The notes beneath the pieces are model-generated. The model saw only the letters and a list, made by a program, of their open reading frames with translations, searched no databases and had not been told where the DNA came from. Both the position numbers and the translations under genes were made by a program. From Flavobacteriales bacterium (GTDB taxonomy: Bacteria; Bacteroidota; Bacteroidia; Flavobacteriales_F; PHOS-HE28), in the NCBI GenBank assembly GCA_038234075.1, contig JBBSUV010000012.1, positions 22,616 to 86,615 of the forward strand: a stretch of DNA of 64,000 nt, in the 5' to 3' direction. Positions 39,392 to 48,893 of this stretch are shown here, in pieces (positions within the stretch are counted from its first letter, which is position 1; every line of letters starts with the position of its first letter).

Positions 39392-39970
39392 ATGTCCGTG
39401 AAAAGATTCAATAGCCGACGTTCCTACCGGTGGGTATTCCTGTGGGGTGGCCTCTGTATAGGCTTGACCATAATGGGGCTCTTGGCAATGGACATTACGG
39501 GCTCCAATATCCTGATCATCATCGCTGTCGTTGTGGTGGTCCTGAGGTTGGTATGGAGCGCGGTCCAAAGCAAGAAGAACATCATTGAGTATGTACTTGG
39601 CACGGATGCCTTGCTACTGCGCCGCGGTGCGGAAGAGGAGCGGTTGCCCTTGATCAATGTGATCGATGCGAACCTCATTGACTTGACCACCGCCCGGGAT
39701 TATGTGCAGGAGCACCGCAACTCCGATAACGACTCGGAAGATGGACAAGCCGGAGGTCCGAACCGCAGTGCAACCCGCTTTTGCAGCGTGCCTATCGTGC
39801 TTGGTCGCTTGGATCCGCTTTTGGCCGGGCTTACCGGGCTGAGCACGCACGGCTTCCGCCAGAGCTTGGTCCTGTTGCGGATCCGGGATGGAGGTGTGCT
39901 GTTGCTCTCGCCGAAATACAGTGAGCGCATGGTCAATGCCATCGGCAAGGCCAAAGGCATCACCCACTAA
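39392..39970 (+). CDS. Hypothetical 2-TM protein with PH-like domain
   Basis: GTG start, two N-terminal TM helices and ATRFCSVP...LLLSPK. Confidence 0.65.
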   Translation: MSVKRFNSRRSYRWVFLWGGLCIGLTIMGLLAMDITGSNILIIIAVVVVVLRLVWSAVQSKKNIIEYVLGTDALLLRRGAEEERLPLINVIDANLIDLTTARDYVQEHRNSDNDSEDGQAGGPNRSATRFCSVPIVLGRLDPLLAGLTGLSTHGFRQSLVLLRIRDGGVLLLSPKYSERMVNAIGKAKGITH

Positions 39971-39991
39971 GGTTTCACATACACGGTCCGA

Positions 39992-40873
39992 TCAACGGAG
40001 CCGGATGCGCTGACCCACGCGCAGCGTGCTTCGTGTACTGATCCGGTTCGTCCGGCACAGCTTGGCCACTGGCACACCGGTCTTGCGGGATATGCCGTAG
40101 AGCGTATCGCCGCGCCGAACATGATATGCGCTTATGCTCGTGGGAGCGGGGATATTGAAAGTCGTGGGTGTGATCGTCAAGCTATCACTGTGCAGTGTTC
40201 CGTTCTCGATGTTGAAGACCGTCTGTGGGTTGATGGGATGGCCCAGATAGCGTGTCTCGAAATGGAGATGGCTTCCGGTGGACCTTCCCGTGGAACCGCC
40301 CAGGCCGATGGTCTCGCCCGCTTCCACATGGTCGCCCACCTCCACGAGGCGTTTGCTCATGTGGCCGTAAAGCGTTTCCAGTCCATTGGCATGGCGGATC
40401 ACCACCACATTCCCGAAGTCGCGGTGATAACGGGATATGCGCACCATGCCAGCGAAGGCGGCATCCACGGTATCCCCTACCTGCAATTTGATGTCCGTGC
40501 CGTAATGATGACGGCCATGGCGGATCCCGTAAGGGGAAGTGACGCGGCCGCTGAATGGCATCTTATGATCGCAAGGCGCGTACGCCAAACGCAGGGCCAC
40601 CGTATCGGTCACGGCCGGGCCACGTTCAAAGATCTGGTCGGTGTTCCAGTCACCATAGGTCTCATAGGCCGGGATGTGATAAGCCGAATCGGCTGCTGAC
40701 CAAAGATCCGCGGAGAAGGACTCGTCCACAATAGGACCATCGCCGGTCTCGACGTAGGTCTCAGGGTCCTCTGGGCCACCGATGGAGTTGGTATCTTCTT
40801 GAGCGAATGCGGACACGTGCATCGCGGCGAAGACCACCAAGAGCAGGGCGGAGATCGACGTGTTTACTTTCAT
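39992..40873 (-). CDS. M23 peptidase with C-terminal LysM
   Basis: HHYGTD, GHMS, GRSTGSHLHFE motifs and YHVRRGDTLYGIS. Confidence 0.9.
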   Translation of the reverse strand: MKVNTSISALLLVVFAAMHVSAFAQEDTNSIGGPEDPETYVETGDGPIVDESFSADLWSAADSAYHIPAYETYGDWNTDQIFERGPAVTDTVALRLAYAPCDHKMPFSGRVTSPYGIRHGRHHYGTDIKLQVGDTVDAAFAGMVRISRYHRDFGNVVVIRHANGLETLYGHMSKRLVEVGDHVEAGETIGLGGSTGRSTGSHLHFETRYLGHPINPQTVFNIENGTLHSDSLTITPTTFNIPAPTSISAYHVRRGDTLYGISRKTGVPVAKLCRTNRISTRSTLRVGQRIRLR

Positions 40874-41036
40874 GGGTCGCAAATCTATCCGCCGAGGCCA
40901 ACCGCTCGACACGGGGAGGGCGATGCATCGCTGACAATGGCATGTGTCGAACCGGGTAAGTGCTAAGATCCCCTTTATTCATCAGCAGTTGAGGCACATC
41001 CCCCATCTTTGCGCCCCCGGTTAATGATCGTTAATC

Positions 41037-42710
41037 ATGAAGTTCAGCCTCCTCCCGTTCCTCATTGCACCGGTCCTGCTCGTTGCCGCCTGCGGAGGTC
41101 CATCTGCGGATACGCAGCACGATATCCTGGGCGTTGACAGTGCCCATTTGGATGCCCGGGTACGCCCTTCCATCTATGTGCCGGTGAAGCTCACCACGGA
41201 CATGAACGCGCTCAGTGCGACCGACCGGCTGCTACTGCCGCTGTTCATCGGCGTGGCTAACATTATGGACAGCATTTTCTGGCAAGAGGCTTGGGGACGG
41301 CCTGACAGTATCCCAGTGAAGCATCCGGATCCCGACACGAAGGACTTCTTCATCATGAACTATGGCCCGTGGGACCGGCTGGCCGGTGATCGGTTTTTCA
41401 TCGATGGCGTAGGAGAGAAGCCCAAGGGCGCGCGCTTCTATCCGCAGGATATGACCGCCGAGGAATTCGATGCCTGGGGCAACGATGCGAAGAAGAGCCA
41501 GTACACCATGGTGCGCCGCGACGAGGACGGAAAGCTGACCGCCATTCCATATCATGTTTTTTTCAAGGGAGCAGTGGAGCGTGCGGCCCATTTGCTCGAC
41601 AGTGCGGCGGCGATCGCCACGGACCCGGGCCAGAAGAAATACCTGAGCGCCCGGGCGGAAGCATTGCGCACGGACAAGTATGACAAGAGCGACATCGCCT
41701 GGTTGGACATGCGCCACAACAAATTGGACCTCATCGCGGGCCCCATCGAGACCTATGAGGACCAGCTCTATGGGTTCAAGGCGGCTCATGAAGCATACGT
41801 GGTGGTGAAGGACAGCGCATGGACCGCGCGGTTGGAGCGTTTCGCCAAACTGCTCCCCGGTCTGCAACGCGGCCTGCCCGTCCCGGATGCCTACAAGCGG
41901 GAGAAGCCCGGTAGCGACTCGCAGCTTGGTGCCTATGATGTGGTCTTCTACGCCGGCGACGCGAATGCCGGCGGCAAGACCATTGCTGTGAACCTGCCCA
42001 ACGACGAAGCGATCCAATTGAAGAAGGGCACGCGCCGCCTGCAGTTGAAGAACGCGATGAAAGCCAAGTTCGATAAGATCGTCGTGCCCATCGCAGGCAT
42101 GCTGATCGCCGAGGACCAGCGGAAGCACATCACCTTCGATGCTTTCTTCCAGAACGTGATGTTCCACGAGGTGGCACATGGGCTCGGCATCAAGAACCTC
42201 ATCAGCGGCAGCGGGACCGTGCGCGATGCTTTGGGCAACGAGGCCGGTGCGCTGGAGGAGGGCAAGGCGGATATCCTCGGCCTCTACATGGTGGAGCAGC
42301 TGCGCGACAAAAGAGAGATCAGCGACGGCGAAGTGATGGACAACTACGTCACCTTCATGGCCAGCGTGTTCCGCTCCGTTCGTTTCGGCGCTAGCGATGC
42401 CCATGGGCGTGCGAACATGCTCCGCTTGAACTACTTCATGAACGAAGGTGCGCTGCAACGCGATGAAGCCACGGGCACGTATCGTGTGGACGCGGAGAAG
42501 ATGCACAAGGCGATCTCCGACCTCAGCGCACTGATCCTGAAGTTGCAGGGCGATGGGGATCTAGAGGGCGTAAAAGCCTTGATGGAGAAGGATGGCTCGA
42601 TCAAGCCGGAGATGCAGAAGGACCTCGATCGCCTGAAGGCCGCAAAGATCCCGGTGGACGTTGTGTTCCAGCAAGGGCTTGAAGTGCTGGGCCTCGGTGC
42701 GGCACGATGA
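41037..42710 (+). CDS. M49-like Zn-dependent hydrolase lipoprotein (HExxH type)
   Basis: Lipobox VAAC, KTIAVNLPND, MFHEVAHGLG and LEEGKADILG motifs. Confidence 0.82.
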   Translation: MKFSLLPFLIAPVLLVAACGGPSADTQHDILGVDSAHLDARVRPSIYVPVKLTTDMNALSATDRLLLPLFIGVANIMDSIFWQEAWGRPDSIPVKHPDPDTKDFFIMNYGPWDRLAGDRFFIDGVGEKPKGARFYPQDMTAEEFDAWGNDAKKSQYTMVRRDEDGKLTAIPYHVFFKGAVERAAHLLDSAAAIATDPGQKKYLSARAEALRTDKYDKSDIAWLDMRHNKLDLIAGPIETYEDQLYGFKAAHEAYVVVKDSAWTARLERFAKLLPGLQRGLPVPDAYKREKPGSDSQLGAYDVVFYAGDANAGGKTIAVNLPNDEAIQLKKGTRRLQLKNAMKAKFDKIVVPIAGMLIAEDQRKHITFDAFFQNVMFHEVAHGLGIKNLISGSGTVRDALGNEAGALEEGKADILGLYMVEQLRDKREISDGEVMDNYVTFMASVFRSVRFGASDAHGRANMLRLNYFMNEGALQRDEATGTYRVDAEKMHKAISDLSALILKLQGDGDLEGVKALMEKDGSIKPEMQKDLDRLKAAKIPVDVVFQQGLEVLGLGAAR

Positions 42711-42726
42711 TCGTGGACGTGATGTG

Positions 42727-43653
42727 ATGAACGCGGAGAAAGCAACGAAGGAAGAACAACGCTGGGTGACCGGCCTGCTTCGGACCGGGCCCCATATTCT
42801 GGTGGCCTTGGTGGTGTCGTTGCCCATCTGCATCGCGATCTGGCCGCATCTGCCGGTGATGCGGGTCCCTTCCTTGTCGGGTATCGGGATCGATCGGTTG
42901 CTCTTGTTCCTGTTGGTGTTCGCAGGCTCGCTCTTCCTGTTGCGGAAACTCCCTTTGCTGAGCTACGGTGCGCTGGTGGTCGTCGTGTCCGTTGTCACCT
43001 TCCGTGCTTTTCAAGGCGGGCATGGCTTCCGGGACATTTTCGACGATTATGGCGTGATGCTTTCCTCGATGTCCCAAAGCACCAATGCGCTTCCGGATGT
43101 GACGGAGCTGCGGCCCTTCAAAGGCGCCGAGGAGTTGCGTGGTGCCATGGACTATACCAACCCGGTGGTACGCTCGTTCGCCGTGCGCTCCGCCACCACC
43201 TATTTCAACAAGGAAGCGGATGAGGATGGGGATCACACGCTGGTGCAGGCCTTCTCCATCTTCAAAGTGATCAACTCCTCTTGGATCTACGTGAGCGATC
43301 CTGCCGATGGCGAGTACTTCGCCAAGGCCAGTGAAAGCGTGCCCTTGCTGGCGGGCGATTGCGACGACCATGCCGTGCTGATGGCCGCCAGCATCAAAGC
43401 CATTGGCGGGAAGGTGCGGCTTGTGCGCACCACCGGCCACATCTACCCGGAGATGTGCGTGGGCGATGCGAAACATCTACAGCGGGCCATCTACCTCATC
43501 CGCAACGTACTCTTCCCGGATGAGGCGCGCCACGCCGACCTTTACTACCATACGGACGTCAATGGTGATCGCTGGATCAACCTCGACTACACGCGTCACT
43601 ATCCCGGCGGCGTGGTGATGAGCGAGAAGATCATCGGGATCCTCTACGTGTGA
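42727..43653 (+). CDS. Membrane-anchored transglutaminase-like protein
   Basis: Three N-terminal TM helices, GDCDDHA, GHIYPE and WINLDY (Cys-His-Asp triad). Confidence 0.8.
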   Translation: MNAEKATKEEQRWVTGLLRTGPHILVALVVSLPICIAIWPHLPVMRVPSLSGIGIDRLLLFLLVFAGSLFLLRKLPLLSYGALVVVVSVVTFRAFQGGHGFRDIFDDYGVMLSSMSQSTNALPDVTELRPFKGAEELRGAMDYTNPVVRSFAVRSATTYFNKEADEDGDHTLVQAFSIFKVINSSWIYVSDPADGEYFAKASESVPLLAGDCDDHAVLMAASIKAIGGKVRLVRTTGHIYPEMCVGDAKHLQRAIYLIRNVLFPDEARHADLYYHTDVNGDRWINLDYTRHYPGGVVMSEKIIGILYV

Positions 43654-43795
43654 TCGATCCTTGTTGCACGGGAACACCCCGATCGCTTTTACCGCTCTAC
43701 CACAGCATCCGGGATCGGCTCCAAGCCGGGTTCTGAAGGACGGATCCGGGTCCGACTACATTTGGTGTCCGGGAAGAAAATGCCCGGACCGCCGA

Positions 43796-44305
43796 ATGGA
43801 AGCGATTGCCAAGAGATATGCGACGATCGTGGGCATCCTGCTTATGGGCATGTTGCTCTCCTGCGGGGGAAATGACCAACGCATAGCGGAGTTGAACGGG
43901 CGGGTTGACAGCCTGCGCAACGTGGTGGTCCATGCCTATAGGCCCGGACTTGGTGAGTTCATGTCCGGCGTACAGGTACACCACGTGAAGCTTTGGTTCG
44001 CCGGGACCAATGCCAATTGGAAGCTGGCGGACTTTGAAGTTCACGAGATCATGGAATCCCTGGACGACATCAGGACCTATGCCAGTGACCGCAAGGAGAC
44101 CGCATTGATCGGGATGCTCGATCCCGCCCTCGACAGCGTCAACGTGGCCATCTCCAAGGAGGATACCGCCCGATTCCGTTCCGCATACCGAATGCTCACC
44201 CGATCCTGCAACAGCTGTCATCAGGACACGGAACATGGCTTCAATGTGATCACCGTGCCCACATCCCCTCCATTCAGCGATCAGGAGTTCACACCGGTGA
44301 AATAG
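43796..44305 (+). CDS. Lipoprotein with C-terminal CxxCH (cytochrome c'-like)
   Basis: Lipobox LLSC, helical sequence and CNSCH near the C-terminus. Confidence 0.7.
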   Translation: MEAIAKRYATIVGILLMGMLLSCGGNDQRIAELNGRVDSLRNVVVHAYRPGLGEFMSGVQVHHVKLWFAGTNANWKLADFEVHEIMESLDDIRTYASDRKETALIGMLDPALDSVNVAISKEDTARFRSAYRMLTRSCNSCHQDTEHGFNVITVPTSPPFSDQEFTPVK

Positions 44306-44329
44306 ACGCAAGCCCCTACATTTGGCGAG

Positions 44330-46084
44330 ATGGCGGAGGACCGCAAATTGATGAACCCGGCGGAGTTGGCGAAAGCCAGCCACATGAAACCGGGTGACCC
44401 GCGGTTCACGATGCTGGCCGAGATGAGCGGGCTCAACCGGCTGGAACGCATGTACAATGACATCAAGGTTGAGCCGGGCGAGGATTTCATCACGGCCTTC
44501 TTCAAGCATCTCGATCTCCACTTGGAAGTGGATGCCGCGGACCTGGAGCGCATACCGAAAGAGGGCGGCGTGGCCATCGTGGCCAACCACCCGTACGGTG
44601 CCATCGACGGTTTGGCAATGCTGCACGTATTGCGCGATCGCCGCCCGGACCTGAAGGTGATGGCGAACTTCATGCTCCAGCAGTTGGAGCCGCTCCACGA
44701 CCGCTTCATCGGCGTGAATCCTTTCGAGCAGCTGAATTCGAAGAGCAGTTTCCAAGGTATGCGGCAAGCGCTCCAACAGCTGAATGACGGACACGCGCTG
44801 GGGGTGTTCCCTGCAGGGGAGGTGAGCAGCTACCGCAACGACCTCGATGCCGTGGCCGATCCCCGCTGGAAGACGCCGGTGATCAAATTGATCCGCCACA
44901 CCGGCGTACCCGTGGTGCCACTGTGGTTTGATGGTGCGAACAGTGTGATCTTCCAGATCCTCGGCATGGTGCACCCCAGCTTGCGCACCCTGCAGCTACC
45001 GCGGGAAATGATGCGCATGCACGGACGGAGCGTGCGCCTGCGGATCGGGAACCCGCTCACCGACAAGGAGCTTTCACAGTTCACCTCCATGGACGATCTG
45101 GCCCGCTACCTGCGCGCCAAGACCTATGCCATCGGCAGCGGCGTCACCGTGCGGCGCGAGCATTTCAAGCCGCTCTTCTTCCCGCGGAAACCCAAGCCCA
45201 TCGCAGCCGCCGGCCCCGTTGAGGCCATGGAGGCGGAACTCGCGAAGTTGGCGGACAAGCGCCTGAACACGCAGGGCGAATTCGACCTCTACCTCGCGCC
45301 CAGCGGGAGGATCCCGAACATCCTGCGCGAGATCGGCCGCCTGCGCGAAGTCACCTTCCGTGCCGTTGAGGAAGGGACCAACAAAGCGATCGATCTCGAT
45401 GAGTTCGATCACTACTACGATCACCTCTTCCTGTGGGACCGCGAGAAGCGGAAGCTGGCCGGGGCCTATCGCGTGGGCGATGGCAAGGTGATCATGGAAC
45501 GCTACGGCAAGCGCGGCTTCTACCTCAATACGCTTTTCAAACTGGGGCGGCCCATGCGCGCCATCCTCGCCAGCAGCTTCGAGCTGGGACGCTCCTTCGT
45601 GACGCCTGAGTACCAACGGCACCGCATGCCGCTGTTCATGCTCTGGCGCGGGTTGCTCCTGCACATCACCTCGAATCCGGACCACCGCTACCTCATTGGA
45701 CCGGTCAGCATCAGTGGTGGCTACAGCAAATTCTCGCGGCGCCTCATCACCGAGTTCGTGCACAAGTACCACTACGATGAGGACCTGGCCAAGTACGTGA
45801 AGCCGCGCAACCGCTTCTATGCCGGTATCGACAAGGAGGACGGCAGCGCCTTGCTGGAGGCCTCCGGAGAGGACATCAAAAAGCTGGATCAGGTGATCTC
45901 GGACATCGAGGAGAACGGTTCCGCGGTACCCGTGCTGCTGAAGCGCTACCTCTCACTCAACGCCAAGATCATCGGCTTCAACCGCGACCCGCACTTCAAC
46001 GATTCGCTGGACGGGCTGGTGTTGCTGGACCTTTCCAAGGTGCCACCTGCGACGATAGAAGGTTTGCGGAAGGGGATGGCGTGA
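44330..46084 (+). CDS. Lysophospholipid acyltransferase plus GNAT fusion (OlsF-like)
   Basis: ANHPYGAIDG and FPAGEV (acyltransferase). EIGRLREVTFR, GAYRVG and ELGRSFV (Acetyltransf_5/OlsB-like). Confidence 0.8.
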   Translation: MAEDRKLMNPAELAKASHMKPGDPRFTMLAEMSGLNRLERMYNDIKVEPGEDFITAFFKHLDLHLEVDAADLERIPKEGGVAIVANHPYGAIDGLAMLHVLRDRRPDLKVMANFMLQQLEPLHDRFIGVNPFEQLNSKSSFQGMRQALQQLNDGHALGVFPAGEVSSYRNDLDAVADPRWKTPVIKLIRHTGVPVVPLWFDGANSVIFQILGMVHPSLRTLQLPREMMRMHGRSVRLRIGNPLTDKELSQFTSMDDLARYLRAKTYAIGSGVTVRREHFKPLFFPRKPKPIAAAGPVEAMEAELAKLADKRLNTQGEFDLYLAPSGRIPNILREIGRLREVTFRAVEEGTNKAIDLDEFDHYYDHLFLWDREKRKLAGAYRVGDGKVIMERYGKRGFYLNTLFKLGRPMRAILASSFELGRSFVTPEYQRHRMPLFMLWRGLLLHITSNPDHRYLIGPVSISGGYSKFSRRLITEFVHKYHYDEDLAKYVKPRNRFYAGIDKEDGSALLEASGEDIKKLDQVISDIEENGSAVPVLLKRYLSLNAKIIGFNRDPHFNDSLDGLVLLDLSKVPPATIEGLRKGMA

Positions 46085-46225
46085 GGGGTATGCAGGAACA
46101 GCGGGGGCACGGGAGGACGGCCCGCCGCGCACAGGCCTATGACAGCTAACTCCCGCGCCAAAGAATTTTGGGAAAGCCGGAAGAGCCTTGGGATGGGGAG
46201 ACGGGCAATGGGGATAACTTCGAAT

Positions 46226-47050
46226 ATGCAACCTGCAACCTTCAATAGGATCATCATTATCGACTCCATTCCGAATGGTGAGGTTTCCACGGCGAACGAG
46301 CTCTTTAATGATAAGCTGAGATGGAATGTGCTTTTCGGGGATTGTCCATCAGTTGAACGTGTCCAGCTTTCAAATAAACTCGAATTCGTCAATCGCTTGA
46401 ATACCATTTACAGTCAATGCATTCAAGAAGGACTTAAACCCATCATTCATTTGGAAATGCATGGGAACACGGAAGGCCTCGTTCTTTCTTCGGGTGAATA
46501 CATTGGCTGGATGGAGGTCCTTGCGAGCCTCAGGACAATCAACGTTGCGTCCAAAAACAATCTCATACTTGTCATTGCCGCGTGCTATTCAGCGCGGTTA
46601 TTTGAAATTGTTCCTGTTCACCAACATGCTCCCTTTTGGGGATTGGTTGCTCCGCTTCATGAGGTGTTTCCCGATGATGTGCGTCAGTTCAGCACTTTCT
46701 ATGAAGAACTGCTCCGCGAACCGAACCTTCAACTTCGCGTGGATGGTATGAACGCGAGAATCTCAGACCCAATGAGGCAATTCAGGGTATACAATTCGGA
46801 AGAGCTCTTCGATAAGGTGTGGCTCATCTACGAAAGGCACATGCGAAATCCTGAGTACGTGAATGCTCGCATTGAACGCTTGATGGAGCATCATCAACAA
46901 AACAGCGGACCATTATTACCCCATGAGGCGCAAAACATAAGGACCAAGTACAGGAACGAAATAGTCGAGTTTCCTAACCGTGATAAAAGGCATCTCATGG
47001 ACATCTTTCAGGGACGAGCAGATGAAAAATCTCCACTACCTCCATGGTGA
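46226..47050 (+). CDS. Hypothetical protein with caspase/CHAT-like His-Cys motifs
   Basis: IIHLEMHG and LILVIAACYS motifs. GC is lower than the flanks. TAACTTCG box lies 3 nt before the ATG. Confidence 0.55.
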   Translation: MQPATFNRIIIIDSIPNGEVSTANELFNDKLRWNVLFGDCPSVERVQLSNKLEFVNRLNTIYSQCIQEGLKPIIHLEMHGNTEGLVLSSGEYIGWMEVLASLRTINVASKNNLILVIAACYSARLFEIVPVHQHAPFWGLVAPLHEVFPDDVRQFSTFYEELLREPNLQLRVDGMNARISDPMRQFRVYNSEELFDKVWLIYERHMRNPEYVNARIERLMEHHQQNSGPLLPHEAQNIRTKYRNEIVEFPNRDKRHLMDIFQGRADEKSPLPPW

Positions 47051-47242
47051 GTTCGGGAAACCGGAAGGACGCGCTTGGCTTCCACCTTGCCTCCGCACTT
47101 CATTTCACTACGGATAACTTCAACGTCCTGTTGAGTACGCCTTACGCGAAGGTGACGAAGTAGATCCACTTGCTCACGTTCTCCAGGTCCGCATCGGTCC
47201 TCTTTCCATTCGTGCTCGAAACGTAGTGGATCGTGGGAACCG

Positions 47243-48169
47243 CTAAGCGGAGTTGATGTCCCACGCCACCACCGCCTTGTCATCGCTGGCGGTGATCAAC
47301 GTGTTGCCGTCGAGCCAGAGCACCGCGTTCACGGAGTAGCCATGGCCACCCGCATGGCGGTCCAGCTTGCGCAGCAGGTCGAAGCTGTTGCCGTCCCAGA
47401 GCTTGGCGCTTTTATCACGGCTGGCGGAAGCGCATCGATTGCCGTCGCTGTTGAAGGCGATGCGGTAGATGGTGTCCTTGTGCGCGGGGAAGGCATGGAG
47501 CTGCTGGAACTCGGCATCCGTGCGCCAGAGGCGAAGGTGGCCGTCCTTGCCGCCGCTTACCAGCACCGGCTTGGTAGGGTGCCACGCCACGCAGTTGGCT
47601 CCGATGTCGTGTCCCGAAAGGGTGAAGTGTTCGTTGAGATCGGTGCTATCGAGGATGTGGATGCTGCCATCGCCGCAAGCAATGGCGAGCAGGCTGCCAT
47701 CGGCGTTCAGGGCGAGGTCGCGCACCTTCTCATCGGTGAGTGGGATCTTGCGCTGGAGTGTGATGCGGTGGTCGCCTTCGCCGTCGGTGGTCCAGATGGA
47801 TATCGAACCATCCCCAGCCGCCACCACGAGTCTGCCGTCGGGCAGTTCCTGGATGGCGAAGATGCCCTTCACATGAGCGCGCTCGAGTTGCACTTCTTGG
47901 CGTTCCGCGAGGTCCACCACATGCAGGCCGCCATCCTCGTCGCCGAGGTAAAGTAGTTGCTCACTGGTGCGGTGCATGGCGAAGATGGCACGGCCCACGC
48001 GGGCTTCCGTGATGCCGTTCTCGGGGTTGTTCAGATCCCAGCGCACCACGGCACCGTCGCCGCTGGCGCTGAGGAAGCTTCCGGGCGTGGCAGCGGGGCA
48101 TAGGGCGTAGACGGAACCTTTGTGACCGGTGAAGCGGTTGGTGCCGGGGAAGGACTTGGTTTGAGGCAT
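47243..48169 (-). CDS. WD40-repeat protein
   Basis: Repeated GH...WD units (GHKGSVYAL, SGGKDGHLRLW, SASRDKSAKLWD). Confidence 0.9.
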   Translation of the reverse strand: MPQTKSFPGTNRFTGHKGSVYALCPAATPGSFLSASGDGAVVRWDLNNPENGITEARVGRAIFAMHRTSEQLLYLGDEDGGLHVVDLAERQEVQLERAHVKGIFAIQELPDGRLVVAAGDGSISIWTTDGEGDHRITLQRKIPLTDEKVRDLALNADGSLLAIACGDGSIHILDSTDLNEHFTLSGHDIGANCVAWHPTKPVLVSGGKDGHLRLWRTDAEFQQLHAFPAHKDTIYRIAFNSDGNRCASASRDKSAKLWDGNSFDLLRKLDRHAGGHGYSVNAVLWLDGNTLITASDDKAVVAWDINSA

Positions 48170-48183
48170 GTTGCAATGTAGTT

Positions 48184-48211
48184 CTGGTCCGGATCGCAGA
48201 TCCGAACCAAC
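48184..48211. repeat. REP-like hairpin 3' of RAYT
   Basis: CTGGTCCGGATC-GCA-GATCCGAACCAAC. Confidence 0.7.
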
Positions 48212-48213
48212 GT

Positions 48214-48744
48214 TCAGATCAATATGACATCCAACAATGAAGGCAGGCCTGCATAACTGCCAGCACTCGAGTAGACGTAATGCTCCGGTTCGTGAACAAG
48301 CCCTGCTGCCACCGGGTTCTTATGCAGGTAGTTCAATTTCTGCTCAACGATGGACGGGGTCCGTACCCAGATCGGATGTAGGTCATGCTGCCAGAATTGT
48401 GTTGAACCATCGCTCTTGCGAAAGTGCTTCAGCATCCATTCACGCCTGCTTTCCTTCCCGTTCTCCGCTATCGCCTGCACAAGAGCCTTGGAGGTATGTT
48501 TCTTATGATCCCGCATGATGTCCTCCAGCTTCAGTCCGGGTTCCGCCTTGGCGATCAGGTGTACGTGGTTGCTCATGATGCACCATGCGTAGAGCTGCAA
48601 TCCTTTTTGTTGCTGGCAATAGCGGAAGCTTTCTACGACGATGTCCTTGTATGCAGGCCTTGATAGGGCATCCACCCAATCTACGACGGCGTAGGTGATG
48701 AATTGTAGATCTGCCTGGTCGTAGATCTTGTATTTGCGGCTCAT
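48214..48744 (-). mobile_element. REP-associated tyrosine transposase (RAYT, Y1/HUH)
   Basis: QFITYAVVDW, YAWCIMSNHVHL (HUH), FWQ, and YLHKNPVAAGLV...YSSA motifs. Confidence 0.9.
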
Positions 48745-48763
48745 TTGGGCAAGTTATGTAGAG

Positions 48764-48791
48764 CTTGGTACGGAACGCAGATCCGGACCAG
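48764..48791. repeat. REP-like hairpin 5' of RAYT, inverted relative to 48184-48211
   Basis: CTTGGTACGGAAC-GCA-GATCCGGACCAG. Confidence 0.7.
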
Positions 48792-48893
48792 CTCTCAGAT
48801 GGACCGAACCAGCGATCCGGTGTGCCGACCGCTTGTGTGATCCGCTCGCCGAGCAGCGGTAGATTTCGCACCTTTCCCCCGAAAAGCACACCC

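Noticed and set aside
39177-39400. tRNA-Leu as a genomic-island integration site
   Set aside because: No integrase follows it, and no duplicated tRNA 3' end was found in the window.
47130-47270. Protein-like minus-strand fragment (...STNGKRTDADLENVSKWIYFVTFA*)
   Set aside because: No convincing start and no family recognised. It may be chance or a remnant.
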